From NCBI GenBank assembly GCA_036676395.1, contig JAKFCY010000002.1:704001-768000 (forward strand): 64,000 nt of DNA. The letters are read 5' to 3'. The number at the start of each line of letters is the position of its first letter. Position 1 is the stretch's first letter. Shown piece by piece: positions 19,365 to 29,269 of this stretch. The notes under the pieces are model-generated. The model did not search any database. It was not told the DNA's origin and worked only from the letters and a program-made list of their open reading frames with translations. The translations under genes were made by a program, and so were the position numbers. This stretch comes from Bdellovibrio sp. GTDB taxonomy: Bacteria; Bdellovibrionota; Bdellovibrionia; Bdellovibrionales; Bdellovibrionaceae.

Positions 19365-21023
19365 TTGAGCAAAATTACGAAAAGTAGTACGGCAGAATAT
19401 TTCGCAAAAAACCTTCAACAGGTAGGGTTTTCTTCACCTTTAAAAGCGGTTTTAACCACTCTTAAAGAGGCTGTTGATAACTCGCTTGATGCTTGCGAAG
19501 GTGCTGAAATTCTTCCGGAATTAGAAATTGAAGTTAAAAAAGTTGGTGTTGGATCGACAAAAAACACCGATTTAATCAGGATTGTAGTAGAAGATAACGG
19601 ACCGGGAATCGATGGCGATGATTTAGCTAAGGTTTTCGGAGAGTATTTAGCCTCTTCTAAATTTGGCCGCGGACAATGTTCGCGCGGACAACAAGGTATT
19701 GGTATTTCTGCAGCGACGACATGGGCACAAATGACCAATGCAAAAGGGGTACAAGTTATCTCGAAAACGAAAAACATGCGCAAAGCAATTTCCGCGCAAG
19801 TTGACGTCGATATTAAGACAAATACCGGTATTTTACGTAATAAAGAGACCCTAGAATGGAAGAAAAACAACGGAACTCGCGTTGAATTCCTTATGGATGG
19901 CCGCATTCAAATGAATGGTGACGGTGGTCTTTTAACTTACATTGAAGGTACTGTTTTAGTTAATCCGCATTTAACAGTGACTTACAAATTAGGTGATACA
20001 GATAAAGGTAAAATCGAGCGCGTATCAAATGAAACTCCAGATATTCCAGAAGCTACATTACCGCATCCGCACACATTTAAACTGGGTGAATTTATCACGC
20101 ATTCTCACTTGTACGGAAAAATCTCTTTATCTAAGTTTTTAAAGACAGGTTTTTCACGCATTTCTGATCAATCGATCAAAGATTTTGTAAAACACGGAAT
20201 GCCAAAAGGCCTTGTTGATAAAAATCTTGGCTCTATGAGCGAAGAAGATTTCAAAAAAGCCTTCCAAGCTGTTCAAGCCACAGAATTAATGGCTCCTTCG
20301 ACAAAATCGGTTTTAACAGTAGGTGAAGATGCACTTGCAAAATCGATTGAGCGTTTAGGGCAAGTGGATTTTTTATCAGTAGTGACAAGAAAACCAACGA
20401 TTTGTGACTTTAAGCCCGTGGTTGTCGAAGTGGCGTTAGCACGTTTTATCGATCGCGGCTCTGAGGGCGAACCCGTTCAACTTTTACGTTTTGCTAACCG
20501 TGTTCCGTTACAATTTGATAAATCAGGTTGTGCGATCACTTGGGCAATTGAATCTGTGAACTGGAAATCTTACGGTTTAGGCCAGCCGAAAGAATCGTTA
20601 CCACAAGGACCCTACGTTTTTGCGGTTTCAATTGTTTCTCCGTTTATTAAATTTAAAAATGCATCGAAAGAAACCATCGATGCTTCTGATGAATTAGTTG
20701 AAGAAATCCGTCGTGCCTTAATGCAAGCCGGACAAAAACTTTCACGGCATATCAAACATGAAATGAAAGAGGCTGATTTAGAAAGAAAACTAGCACATAT
20801 CGAGCAATTTGGCCCGATTCTAGTAGAAAAACTGGTTACAATTTCTGGAGCAAATGCTTCGAGAAAGAAAAAAGCCGAAGAAGGATTACGTAAAATTTTA
20901 GGACGTGATTCTGACGAAGCTGTAAACCAATTAGAAGAAGCTCAAACTAAATTAGCTGCGCAAAAACAAAAAGAAGCTAAAAAAATGGGTTCAGCAGCTG
21001 ATGAAGCTGGTAAAGGTAGTTAG
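19365..21023 (+). CDS. top6B: DNA topoisomerase VI subunit B
   Basis: EAVDNSLDA, EDNGPGI and SRGQQGIG GHKL motifs; RFANRVPL transducer motif; probable TTG start at 19365. Confidence 0.93.
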   Translation: MSKITKSSTAEYFAKNLQQVGFSSPLKAVLTTLKEAVDNSLDACEGAEILPELEIEVKKVGVGSTKNTDLIRIVVEDNGPGIDGDDLAKVFGEYLASSKFGRGQCSRGQQGIGISAATTWAQMTNAKGVQVISKTKNMRKAISAQVDVDIKTNTGILRNKETLEWKKNNGTRVEFLMDGRIQMNGDGGLLTYIEGTVLVNPHLTVTYKLGDTDKGKIERVSNETPDIPEATLPHPHTFKLGEFITHSHLYGKISLSKFLKTGFSRISDQSIKDFVKHGMPKGLVDKNLGSMSEEDFKKAFQAVQATELMAPSTKSVLTVGEDALAKSIERLGQVDFLSVVTRKPTICDFKPVVVEVALARFIDRGSEGEPVQLLRFANRVPLQFDKSGCAITWAIESVNWKSYGLGQPKESLPQGPYVFAVSIVSPFIKFKNASKETIDASDELVEEIRRALMQAGQKLSRHIKHEMKEADLERKLAHIEQFGPILVEKLVTISGANASRKKKAEEGLRKILGRDSDEAVNQLEEAQTKLAAQKQKEAKKMGSAADEAGKGS

Positions 21024-21026
21024 TTA

Positions 21027-22187
21027 ATGGCATTAATTAAAGTTCGTGAATTAAGACTAGATATCCCTAAAGAAGCTAAGAACTTAGCTGAAAGAATGCT
21101 TTCTGATTTAGAAAAATCAAAAAGACCTTACTTAGAAGCAGTAAAAACTTCTTTAGATAATTCAAATTACAATGCAAAAGTGGGTTATTTAACTCCCGGA
21201 GATAAAATTGTTCGCACAGAACTAAATGTTTCTTCGGTGCAAAAGTTAGCTCGAGTTGTTTTCATGTTAGAAATTTTACTGCGCAATTTAGATATCGGCG
21301 CAGTGAATACAAAAAGGGAATTATACTACATCTGTAAAGGTCTTATCAAAGGCGATGGCCGATATAAACCTTTGGATTTCGACGATCAGGATGAATCAGA
21401 CAGCATCATCGATTTTATCGGTGATATGTTAGAAGTTTATCGTGAAGAATTAAATTGTTATGCCAATGACCGTGGTGGCCAAACTTATTCTCAGCAATTA
21501 GTTGTGACTGAAACATTACCAGACGGGGATAAAGCTAACGTTGATTTATCGACGCTTGGAACAACGCCGTTTCAGCCAAAAAACAGACCGCAATCTTTAA
21601 AACTTAAAGCTAAAAAGAAAATCGATTTCTGCTTAGTGGTAGAGTCTGAAGGTACCGCGGGCACCCTGCAATCAATGGGTTTCACGAAACGTAATAACTG
21701 TATTTTGATGGGTGCTCAAGGGGTTCCATCAAATGGTGTTCGCGGTTGGTGTAAACTGATTGAAAATCAATTAGATGTTCCGATGTATTTCTTCGGCGAT
21801 CTGGATGCGTACACGATGCAAAATATCTTTCGTACGTTAAAAGCGGGATCTGCCGCTTCATTAATTCGTAACGGAGATTTCTCGGCACCGAACGTAAGAT
21901 TCTTAGGAGTTTTACCGGGTGACGTGAAAAAATACGATCTTCCACATTATAAAGTTAAAGAATCTGATCCTGCAGAAGCAAGACAGCTTAAAAAAGCAAA
22001 AGATGCCTTAGAGAACGATCCATTCTTCCGTGATAAAAAGAATAAAGAGTTGTCAGACATCTTACGCTGGTTAATCAAAGAAAAAATTCGTTGCGAGCAG
22101 CAAAGTTATTTCTCGGTTGATCCAAAAGATCCGATCAAGACTGAAAAAATCATTCTCGAAAAGATTAAACGTGGAGACTACGTTTAA
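21027..22187 (+). CDS. top6A: DNA topoisomerase VI subunit A
   Basis: TKRELYY catalytic Tyr motif; VVESEG, GVP and GDLDAY TOPRIM motifs. Confidence 0.93.
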   Translation: MALIKVRELRLDIPKEAKNLAERMLSDLEKSKRPYLEAVKTSLDNSNYNAKVGYLTPGDKIVRTELNVSSVQKLARVVFMLEILLRNLDIGAVNTKRELYYICKGLIKGDGRYKPLDFDDQDESDSIIDFIGDMLEVYREELNCYANDRGGQTYSQQLVVTETLPDGDKANVDLSTLGTTPFQPKNRPQSLKLKAKKKIDFCLVVESEGTAGTLQSMGFTKRNNCILMGAQGVPSNGVRGWCKLIENQLDVPMYFFGDLDAYTMQNIFRTLKAGSAASLIRNGDFSAPNVRFLGVLPGDVKKYDLPHYKVKESDPAEARQLKKAKDALENDPFFRDKKNKELSDILRWLIKEKIRCEQQSYFSVDPKDPIKTEKIILEKIKRGDYV

Positions 22188-22191
22188 AATG

Positions 22192-22221
22192 AAAAAAGCC
22201 AGGGTGACCTGGCTTTTTTTT
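22192..22221. terminator. Bidirectional intrinsic terminator
   Basis: AAAAAAGCCAGG-GTGA-CCTGGCTTTTTTTT between convergent genes. Confidence 0.85.
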
Positions 22222-22266
22222 ATTGGCTCCACAAAAAGGAACGGCCGCGGGCGGCCAGCCTACCTT

Positions 22267-24087
22267 TTACGGAACTTGTGTTGCTGGAACAATAAGTTTT
22301 CCATTTACTATACGGTGACCACGATCAGGAGCTGCTACGACTTTTGAATTTTTATCATAGCGAATCGTTACTAACTCATCTTTTAAGGGATCATAGTTCA
22401 TATTACGATCTACCGGCACATGGCAGCTTAGTTTAGATGCTTCATCCATTTTAAAATGCTCAAGCATTTTATTACGGCGCTCTACCAGTTTTGCATGACC
22501 AAGAACAACTTCGGCCGAGCTTAAACCAGATGCCACTAAGGCACTTTTGATTTGCTCAGACGAGTATTGGCAGAGTTTGCGTAACATCCATTGAGCATCT
22601 GTTAATTTAATATTAGAAAATGCTTTAGCGTGCTCCAAATTACCTATTCCAGATAATTTATAAACTGAAGACACTTCCCATTCCATAGTATCGATGGATG
22701 AGCCTTTGCGTGAAACACCAGTAGCGTGACCCAAACCAGAACCAGCATCGCCAAAACCAAGACGTAATTGTTTTTTACCTTTGCCGTTGGGAACAGCCAT
22801 TAAACGTAAATTATCTTTACGGATATCGTAATTACCAGTCCAAGCAGCTAAAACCATGATGCCACGGATCTCTTTAAAATCGCGGTAATTGAAATCATCA
22901 GGAATCCATGGACCAAGCTCGTCGCCGGTCACAGGATCATCTTTTAATGTTAACGATGAAGACCCAAATACAAATTGAGCAATTTGAGATTCAAAGTTTG
23001 CATCGATCATATCTGCAGTAATGTTTTCTTCGATAGGGCGGGTGATTAGACGCGCTTGTGCAGTTTTTGCGTCAACAAAAGTACCATCTTTTAGTTTCAC
23101 ACCTTTCATCCAAGAAAACGGATTGATAAATTCTTTTTTAACTTTTTTGTAAACCGGAATAGCAATTAAAGTTAATTTGAAAGACATAACTAAACGTTCA
23201 TTGAATTCTAAGATAACCCGGCGATCATAATCTATGTTTAAAGTTTCATAATAGTTGATGTGCGGAGCAATGAATCCTAACGAGCGGTAAATGCGTGAAT
23301 TAAGCGGGCCAGAGTACTCTTCGTTGCCGAATTTCATTTTATAAGAATTTTCGCCGCATTTAATATGAAAGCCAGCGTGAACGCCGTAGCCGCGTTTTGC
23401 TTTTTCATATTGGCAGCTGTTTTTAATATCTTTAAAATTGAAATCGTGTGCGAAATCAATCTTTGCAATATCTTTTTCTTGTACGATTTCATCACGCAAG
23501 AATTTCAAATCAGGATCTTGACCTTTGTAGTTTTCAGAAACACTTGGTGAAGATAAAAAGCGGGCTATGTGAACAGGAAAAGTAAAGAATTCGTATTTGC
23601 CTTTAACGGGCTCTGTGTACGTTAATTCGATAGCACGAGCGACCTGAGCGATTTGATATTTAACTTCTTCAAGGCCGATTTCACCTTTTCTACCGCGCTC
23701 AAATAATTCTTCAATATATTTAGCTGAATCTTTTAATGCGCCATCTGTAAAATCAAATTTGTTAAACGGCTTTTTAGTTTCACGGCCGGTGATGATTTGG
23801 TCCATTTCAATGTTTGCATCTTTACGACGTTTATATTCTTTTAAGAACGCCTGAGCGCCGCGCTCGATAGCTGCTAAGTCACTGGTATTATTTAGATCAA
23901 AGCGGCGAAATTTAACTTCTGGTTGATTGATCGTAGTTTCATCAAAGAAGTAAGCTTCGCCCAGTTTTGCTCTACCGTAGGTCGAACTCGGTTCGCGTTC
24001 AGACACCGGTTTAGAAGTACAGGCTGCGATTAGGGCGAAGATCGCCAATAAACATATAGATAATACTGTCTTAATATATTGCTTCAT
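22267..24087 (-). CDS. Lipoprotein with an atypical protein-kinase-like fold
   Basis: Lipobox LIAAC; YKMKF, NYDIRKDN and GDAG motifs in kinase order. Confidence 0.55.
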   Translation of the reverse strand: MKQYIKTVLSICLLAIFALIAACTSKPVSEREPSSTYGRAKLGEAYFFDETTINQPEVKFRRFDLNNTSDLAAIERGAQAFLKEYKRRKDANIEMDQIITGRETKKPFNKFDFTDGALKDSAKYIEELFERGRKGEIGLEEVKYQIAQVARAIELTYTEPVKGKYEFFTFPVHIARFLSSPSVSENYKGQDPDLKFLRDEIVQEKDIAKIDFAHDFNFKDIKNSCQYEKAKRGYGVHAGFHIKCGENSYKMKFGNEEYSGPLNSRIYRSLGFIAPHINYYETLNIDYDRRVILEFNERLVMSFKLTLIAIPVYKKVKKEFINPFSWMKGVKLKDGTFVDAKTAQARLITRPIEENITADMIDANFESQIAQFVFGSSSLTLKDDPVTGDELGPWIPDDFNYRDFKEIRGIMVLAAWTGNYDIRKDNLRLMAVPNGKGKKQLRLGFGDAGSGLGHATGVSRKGSSIDTMEWEVSSVYKLSGIGNLEHAKAFSNIKLTDAQWMLRKLCQYSSEQIKSALVASGLSSAEVVLGHAKLVERRNKMLEHFKMDEASKLSCHVPVDRNMNYDPLKDELVTIRYDKNSKVVAAPDRGHRIVNGKLIVPATQVP

Positions 24088-24095
24088 ATGGGCCC

Positions 24096-24122
24096 AAATC
24101 GGCTGTTTGGGGCTGTGTCTTA
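24096..24122 (-). promoter_or_regulatory. sigma28 (FliA)-like promoter
   Basis: Minus strand TAAG-N15-GCCGATTT, ending 8 nt before the ATG. Confidence 0.6.
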
Positions 24123-24256
24123 ACTGAACAACACGAAGTTTAGCTTTTGGCCTAGCTTTCTGTTTATAAATATGACATGTAATCGTTCCATGAAAGCCGC
24201 CAATAAAAGGGTTTCTGGGCTTTTGGCCAAAAAGGCACTGAAATCATTCGGTAAAA

Positions 24257-24275
24257 TTGGCGCTTATCTTGTATA
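24257..24275 (+). promoter_or_regulatory. sigma54-like promoter (GG-N10-GT variant)
   Basis: TTGGCGCTTATCTTGTATA upstream of the S8 protease. Confidence 0.5.
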
Positions 24276-24305
24276 TAAAGTCCTAATTGTTCGTTTGGGG
24301 GAAAA

Positions 24306-27300
24306 ATGAAACTAGTTACCACTGCGCTTTTAACGTCTTTGCTTGTTTTGTCAGCTTGTACTCAGAGCCAAAATAGCAAATCTAAAATGATTCCGTTATT
24401 ACAGGATTCACAAAATATCATCAGCACGCGTCCACAGAATCAAACGCACGTGATGGCTTTAGTTAAGCTTAAATCTCCTTCACTTCTTGAGACTTCGTCT
24501 AAAGAAGAAGGCGTGACGATCGTTAACAATGAACAAGCAGCTTCAATAGCGGCAGAGCAAGAAAAAGCTATCGCTGATATGAAAGCATTAGATGCTGAAG
24601 TTCAGGTTCTTTATAAATACAAATATGTTCTTAATGCAGTTTCTGTACTTGCTCCAATCGCAGTTTTAGAAAAATTAAAAGCTGTTGGCACGATCGCTTC
24701 TTGGGAAGGTATCGGAACATTTGCACGTCCAATCACTTTTAAAACTGATGGTTTAGCGGCAGCGACAAAATCATTAACTGAAAGAAACTCTTCTAAATTT
24801 ATCGGAGCTGAAAAATTAAATCTTGCTGGTCTTACTGGTAAAGGTATTAAAGTCGGCGTGATCGATACAGGTATCGATTATACTCATGCGATGTTTAAAG
24901 GTGTTGGAACAGCTGAAGCTTACAAGGCCATTGATCCGGCAAAAGAAGCTTTAGGTTTTCCGAGTGAAAAAGTTCGTGGTGGTGTGGATTTAGTAGGTAC
25001 TACTTACGATTCTGCTTCTCCAGATTTTTCTCACCGTGTACCTAAGCCAGATTTAAATCCACTTGATGAAGGCGGTCACGGAACTCACGTAGCAGGTACT
25101 GTTGCGGGTATCGGTGATAATGTAACATCATACAATGGTATGGCTCCAGATGCTGACCTCTATGCAATCAAAGTTTTCGGTGCTGACGGTTCAACTTCAG
25201 ACATGGTTGTTATCGCTGCTCTTGAATACTCTGCTGATCCAAATGGTGATGGCGATTTACGTGACCAATTAGATATCGTGAATCTTTCATTAGGTTCTGG
25301 TTACGGTAATCCAAAAATTCTTTACGCTGAAGCGGTAAAAAACTTAGCCAAAGGCGGAACAGTATCTGTGATCTCTGCAGGTAACTCTGGCGCAAAAGAT
25401 TATATCGTTGGTGCTCCGGGCACTTCGACAGAAGCTTTATCAGTTGCAGCAAGTATCGATGACGGTGATCATAACTGGCATTTCACAGCTTCTATCGTAA
25501 AAGCGGGTAGTGAAGAAATTTCTGTAGAAACAATCGAAGCAGCAACGACAAAAAAAGTTTCTGAATCAGATGTTACTGGTGATTTAGCTTTTATCGGAAC
25601 AGCAGCTTCTGAATTAACTGAAGAGCAAATTGCAGCCGTAGTTGGTAAGGTTGCTTTAATCGACCGTGGTGCCGTTACTTTTAACGATAAAGTTAAACGT
25701 GCAGCAGCAGCTGGTGCTATCGGTGTTATCGTTGCGAACAATCAAGAAGGCGCTGCTTTCACGATGGGAACAACAGATAAATTCGATATTCCTGCAATTA
25801 TGGTCACTAAAGAAGTTGGCACAAAATTAAAAGCAGCACTTGCTGCTGGCCAAGGAGCTTCAATCCAGTTTAAAACTGATAAAACAATCGAAAAACCAGA
25901 GTTAGTAGATACATTAACTGGTTTCAGTTCAAAAGGTCCGCGTTCAATTGATGGTTTCTTGAAACCAGAAATTTCAGCTCCAGGCAGCGATATTATTTCT
26001 GCTGACATGGGCGCAGGCGCTGGCGTTGTTAAACTTTCTGGTACGTCAATGGCTGCTCCTCATATGGCCGGCGTATTAGCTTTAGTTAAACAATCTTTTA
26101 AAAATCGTGAAATCGAAGTTTCGGCGTTAGACTTAAAACACGTTTCTATGGGTACAGCTAAAACAATCGGTGATACTGCCGGTCGTTATGCGGTCACTCG
26201 CCAAGGTTCTGGCCGTGTACAAGCTGATGTTGCAGCCTTATCTGAAATCATCGCTGAAGAGCCTTCTGTTTCTTTTGGTGAAATCAATATCGAAGCAAAA
26301 AAAGTTGTTAAATCTGTATTACATTTAAAAAATGTGGCTGCAGAAGACAAAGCGGTTAGCATTGAGTTCGTAGGTAACGAGTTCGTGCAATTAGCAAATG
26401 CTCAATCAGTCACTTTAAAAGCGGGTGAATCAACAGCTGTGAAATTAACTTTCACTCTTGATGCAACTAAAATGAAAGATGCTTACGTTCGTGAAATGGA
26501 CGGTTGGGTATTAGTTAAAGCTGACGGTAAAGAATTATACCGTGTTCCAGTTTTAGCAGTAGCTCACAAATTAAGTGCTATTACTTCTAAAGGTTTAACA
26601 GTTTTATCTTCTGCAAATGATGCTGACGGTGCAGCTTCTGAATTAACTCTTAAAAACGAATCAGCAAATGCTGGTGAAGCATTATTATTTAATTTATTAG
26701 CAAAAGACGAACGTAAACCACTAGCGCCTTCATTTATGAACGCTGATTGTGATTTACAAGCAGTAGGTTACAGAATCGTTGAAAAAGAAACTGAAGAAGG
26801 CAAAGAACAATTTGTTGAATTCGGTGTTAAAGTTTACAAACCAATGACGACTTGGAATTCATGTGACGTATCGATCTTAGTTGATAGCGACAAAGATGGC
26901 GTTGTTGAACAAGAAATCTTAGGTGCAAACACGAAATCAATTCCTGGCGAAACTGCTGAAATTTTTGCTTCTACTTTAATTGACACAATTAAAGCCCGTG
27001 AAATCAGAAAAGCTTTCGAAGTTAAAGTTGAAGCAGCGAAAAACGATGCAGCCGCATTAGCTGCGTTAAAAGACCAAGAAAAATACACTGATGCATTTGT
27101 AGATCAAAATGATCTAACTATTTACAACAACTCAACTGTAGTTGTTGTGCAAGCGCGTATCAGTCAGTTAAAACTTGATTCTAAAAATCAATTAAACTTT
27201 AAAGTTGTAGTTACTCACAACGAACAAGCATCTGTACAAATGGATGATCACTTGGCGAACGAAAAAATGTTGTCAGTTTCTATGGAGGCTTCAGATCAGT

Positions 27301-27482
27301 CTTTTGTTGGTCTTGCTGAAACTCAAGCTGTAAACGCAGGAGCAACTTCAACTGTTGAATTAACTAAAGGTCGTGGCGCACAGTCATTATTAGTGTTATT
27401 GCCACAAAATAAAGTGTCGTTCTCTGATGCTTTAAGCGATCTTCAATTACTAATCTTAAAACCGGAATTTAAAGCTCCGTAG
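24306..27482 (+). CDS. S8 subtilisin-like serine protease lipoprotein with PA domain
   Basis: Lipobox LSAC; VIDTG, HGTHVAG and GTSMAAP catalytic triad; PA-domain insert (GKVALIDRG). Confidence 0.95.
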   Translation: MKLVTTALLTSLLVLSACTQSQNSKSKMIPLLQDSQNIISTRPQNQTHVMALVKLKSPSLLETSSKEEGVTIVNNEQAASIAAEQEKAIADMKALDAEVQVLYKYKYVLNAVSVLAPIAVLEKLKAVGTIASWEGIGTFARPITFKTDGLAAATKSLTERNSSKFIGAEKLNLAGLTGKGIKVGVIDTGIDYTHAMFKGVGTAEAYKAIDPAKEALGFPSEKVRGGVDLVGTTYDSASPDFSHRVPKPDLNPLDEGGHGTHVAGTVAGIGDNVTSYNGMAPDADLYAIKVFGADGSTSDMVVIAALEYSADPNGDGDLRDQLDIVNLSLGSGYGNPKILYAEAVKNLAKGGTVSVISAGNSGAKDYIVGAPGTSTEALSVAASIDDGDHNWHFTASIVKAGSEEISVETIEAATTKKVSESDVTGDLAFIGTAASELTEEQIAAVVGKVALIDRGAVTFNDKVKRAAAAGAIGVIVANNQEGAAFTMGTTDKFDIPAIMVTKEVGTKLKAALAAGQGASIQFKTDKTIEKPELVDTLTGFSSKGPRSIDGFLKPEISAPGSDIISADMGAGAGVVKLSGTSMAAPHMAGVLALVKQSFKNREIEVSALDLKHVSMGTAKTIGDTAGRYAVTRQGSGRVQADVAALSEIIAEEPSVSFGEINIEAKKVVKSVLHLKNVAAEDKAVSIEFVGNEFVQLANAQSVTLKAGESTAVKLTFTLDATKMKDAYVREMDGWVLVKADGKELYRVPVLAVAHKLSAITSKGLTVLSSANDADGAASELTLKNESANAGEALLFNLLAKDERKPLAPSFMNADCDLQAVGYRIVEKETEEGKEQFVEFGVKVYKPMTTWNSCDVSILVDSDKDGVVEQEILGANTKSIPGETAEIFASTLIDTIKAREIRKAFEVKVEAAKNDAAALAALKDQEKYTDAFVDQNDLTIYNNSTVVVVQARISQLKLDSKNQLNFKVVVTHNEQASVQMDDHLANEKMLSVSMEASDQSFVGLAETQAVNAGATSTVELTKGRGAQSLLVLLPQNKVSFSDALSDLQLLILKPEFKAP

Positions 27483-27490
27483 TAAAAAGT

Positions 27491-27556
27491 AAAAGGGAGT
27501 CCCTCCCTTTTTGAAACGCGACGCAAAAAAAGCCAGATCTATGATCTGGCTTTTTT
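27491..27556. terminator. Two adjacent hairpin terminators between convergent genes
   Basis: AAAAGGGAG-TCC-CTCCCTTTTT and AAAAAAAGCCAGATC-TAT-GATCTGGCTTTTTT. Confidence 0.75.
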
Positions 27557-28273
27557 ATTTGGCTTTGTCGACTGTAAGATTTTTTTGCGATGAGCAGGGT
27601 CTAATTTTTCAATCGAGTAGCGCAGCATTGTGCGTGGCATTTTTTTGCCGAAGCGATCAATAAACTTTAAAAGTCTTGCGCGGTCTTTTTTGCCGGCTTC
27701 GCGAAGCATCCAGCCAGAAGCTTTATGCATCAGATCTTCAGTTTCAGCTAAGAATTTTTGCGCCAATTTAAATGTTAAATCCAGATCGTGATGTCTGATT
27801 AAAGCAAATGTTGCAACCATGGCCATACGTTTATCCCAATGAGCTTTTGATCGGCCTAGCTTTTCTAAAAGCGATATATCCTGAATCAAGTGACAGTAGT
27901 TACCCACGATTTTGTGGGCTGACATATCGACCAGATCCCAGTTGTTCACAGATTTTTTGTGCTTTAGGTATAAACTGACAATGGCTTTTTTTATTTTAAG
28001 ATCTTTGGTGCGACGATAGTTCTCGGTTAAGATATGTAATCCTAAAGCGCGGTCTTCGTGAATAGGGCTTCGTAAAAGCTGTGAAATGTCGTTTACACTG
28101 CTATTTAAAAATTTTAAAGCGATCGAACGGTTAGTTGGAACATCAACGCCAATAAACTGGTCGCCTTCGCCGTATTGTCCGGAGCCAGTTTTGTAAAAAT
28201 ACATTAAAGCTTCTACACGCTTTGTTTTAGCTGCTTTGCGCAGTGCCAGTTGCGGAGCATTTAATTTTTTCAT
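27539..28273 (-). CDS. DNA alkylation repair protein (AlkD-like HEAT-repeat family)
   Basis: FYKTG.GQYGEGDQFIGV, NNWDLVD and KASGWMLREAGK motifs. Confidence 0.9.
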   Translation of the reverse strand: MKKLNAPQLALRKAAKTKRVEALMYFYKTGSGQYGEGDQFIGVDVPTNRSIALKFLNSSVNDISQLLRSPIHEDRALGLHILTENYRRTKDLKIKKAIVSLYLKHKKSVNNWDLVDMSAHKIVGNYCHLIQDISLLEKLGRSKAHWDKRMAMVATFALIRHHDLDLTFKLAQKFLAETEDLMHKASGWMLREAGKKDRARLLKFIDRFGKKMPRTMLRYSIEKLDPAHRKKILQSTKPNKKARS

Positions 28274-29134
28274 CTAGAATAATCCCTTACTTAGTTCGAA
28301 TAGATTTGATGTAAATTCTTCGATCGATGGTTGGGTCGCTATACTTTTTCGTGAAATCAATTTAATTTCACGACTTATGGATGGCGAAAACAAACTGTAT
28401 CCTTTTTTTGGAATATTTAAATGTTGGGCCATGCCTAAAGGAATAATTCCGTTACCAAAACCTTCTTTGACCATTTGTGAGATAGCCGCGAAAGATTCGA
28501 CGAAAACAAAGTCTGAAGATTTAAGTTTTGAATTTTTTAAAAGTTTATCTTCAAGGTTACGCCAAGTTCCTGAATTTTTTTCGATGGTGATGACTTTAGT
28601 AGTTTCGCTGGCGGCCTCTTCATCAAATTTATTATAAATAAAAACTAGCGGTTCTTCAGTGATGCGTGCAGAAAATAAATTACTGCTGCTGGCGGATGAG
28701 GACGGGATACATAATCCTAAATCGTATCGCCCTAATTTGACATTTTCCTCGACCAGCGTACTTCGGTGAACGTGCAGATCAAATTCGATGTTTTTAATTT
28801 TACGCCCAGCTTGCTTGATTAATTTTGGCCCCCAAGTGGCTGCAATCGAATCTGACAGTGCAATTGAATAGCGCGTAATGCCATTTTCTGGTTTTAACTG
28901 CTTCAAACTTTTCAGTTCGGTGACAAGTGGCCGTGCGCGTAGAATGAACTCCTGTGCCTGAGGGGTCAGCTTTACTCGGCGCCCATCGGGTATTATGAGC
29001 TTAAAACTGACTTCATTTTGTAGGGCTTGTAGGCGTTTACTCACTGCTGATTGAGTTAGACGCAATTGCGCAGCAGCTTCGCTGATGGTTCCGGTTCTTT
29101 CTAGGGCAATAAGGGCTTCGATTCCTTCTAGCAT
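28274..29134 (-). CDS. LysR-family transcriptional regulator
   Basis: GTISEAA..LRLTQSAVSKRL N-terminal HTH; divergent from aconitase. Confidence 0.92.
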   Translation of the reverse strand: MLEGIEALIALERTGTISEAAAQLRLTQSAVSKRLQALQNEVSFKLIIPDGRRVKLTPQAQEFILRARPLVTELKSLKQLKPENGITRYSIALSDSIAATWGPKLIKQAGRKIKNIEFDLHVHRSTLVEENVKLGRYDLGLCIPSSSASSSNLFSARITEEPLVFIYNKFDEEAASETTKVITIEKNSGTWRNLEDKLLKNSKLKSSDFVFVESFAAISQMVKEGFGNGIIPLGMAQHLNIPKKGYSLFSPSISREIKLISRKSIATQPSIEEFTSNLFELSKGLF

Positions 29135-29269
29135 AAAGTCATGTATTCCTTCTAAGACTACATTATATTCCTATTATTCTATTTTTTCAACTAAGCTTTT
29201 AGCCGAGAATGAAAACGTACTGAGAAACCACATTCAAGTCGTGCCTGAAAGCACGCAAAGGATCAGCGT

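Noticed and set aside
19415..19906. 163-aa antisense ORF inside top6B, and similar short shadow ORFs across the window
   Set aside because: They lie opposite or within well-supported genes and have no recognisable motifs
29141..29163. ATGTA-N13-TACAT possible LysR operator
   Set aside because: Plausible position but only 5-bp arms; too weak to call
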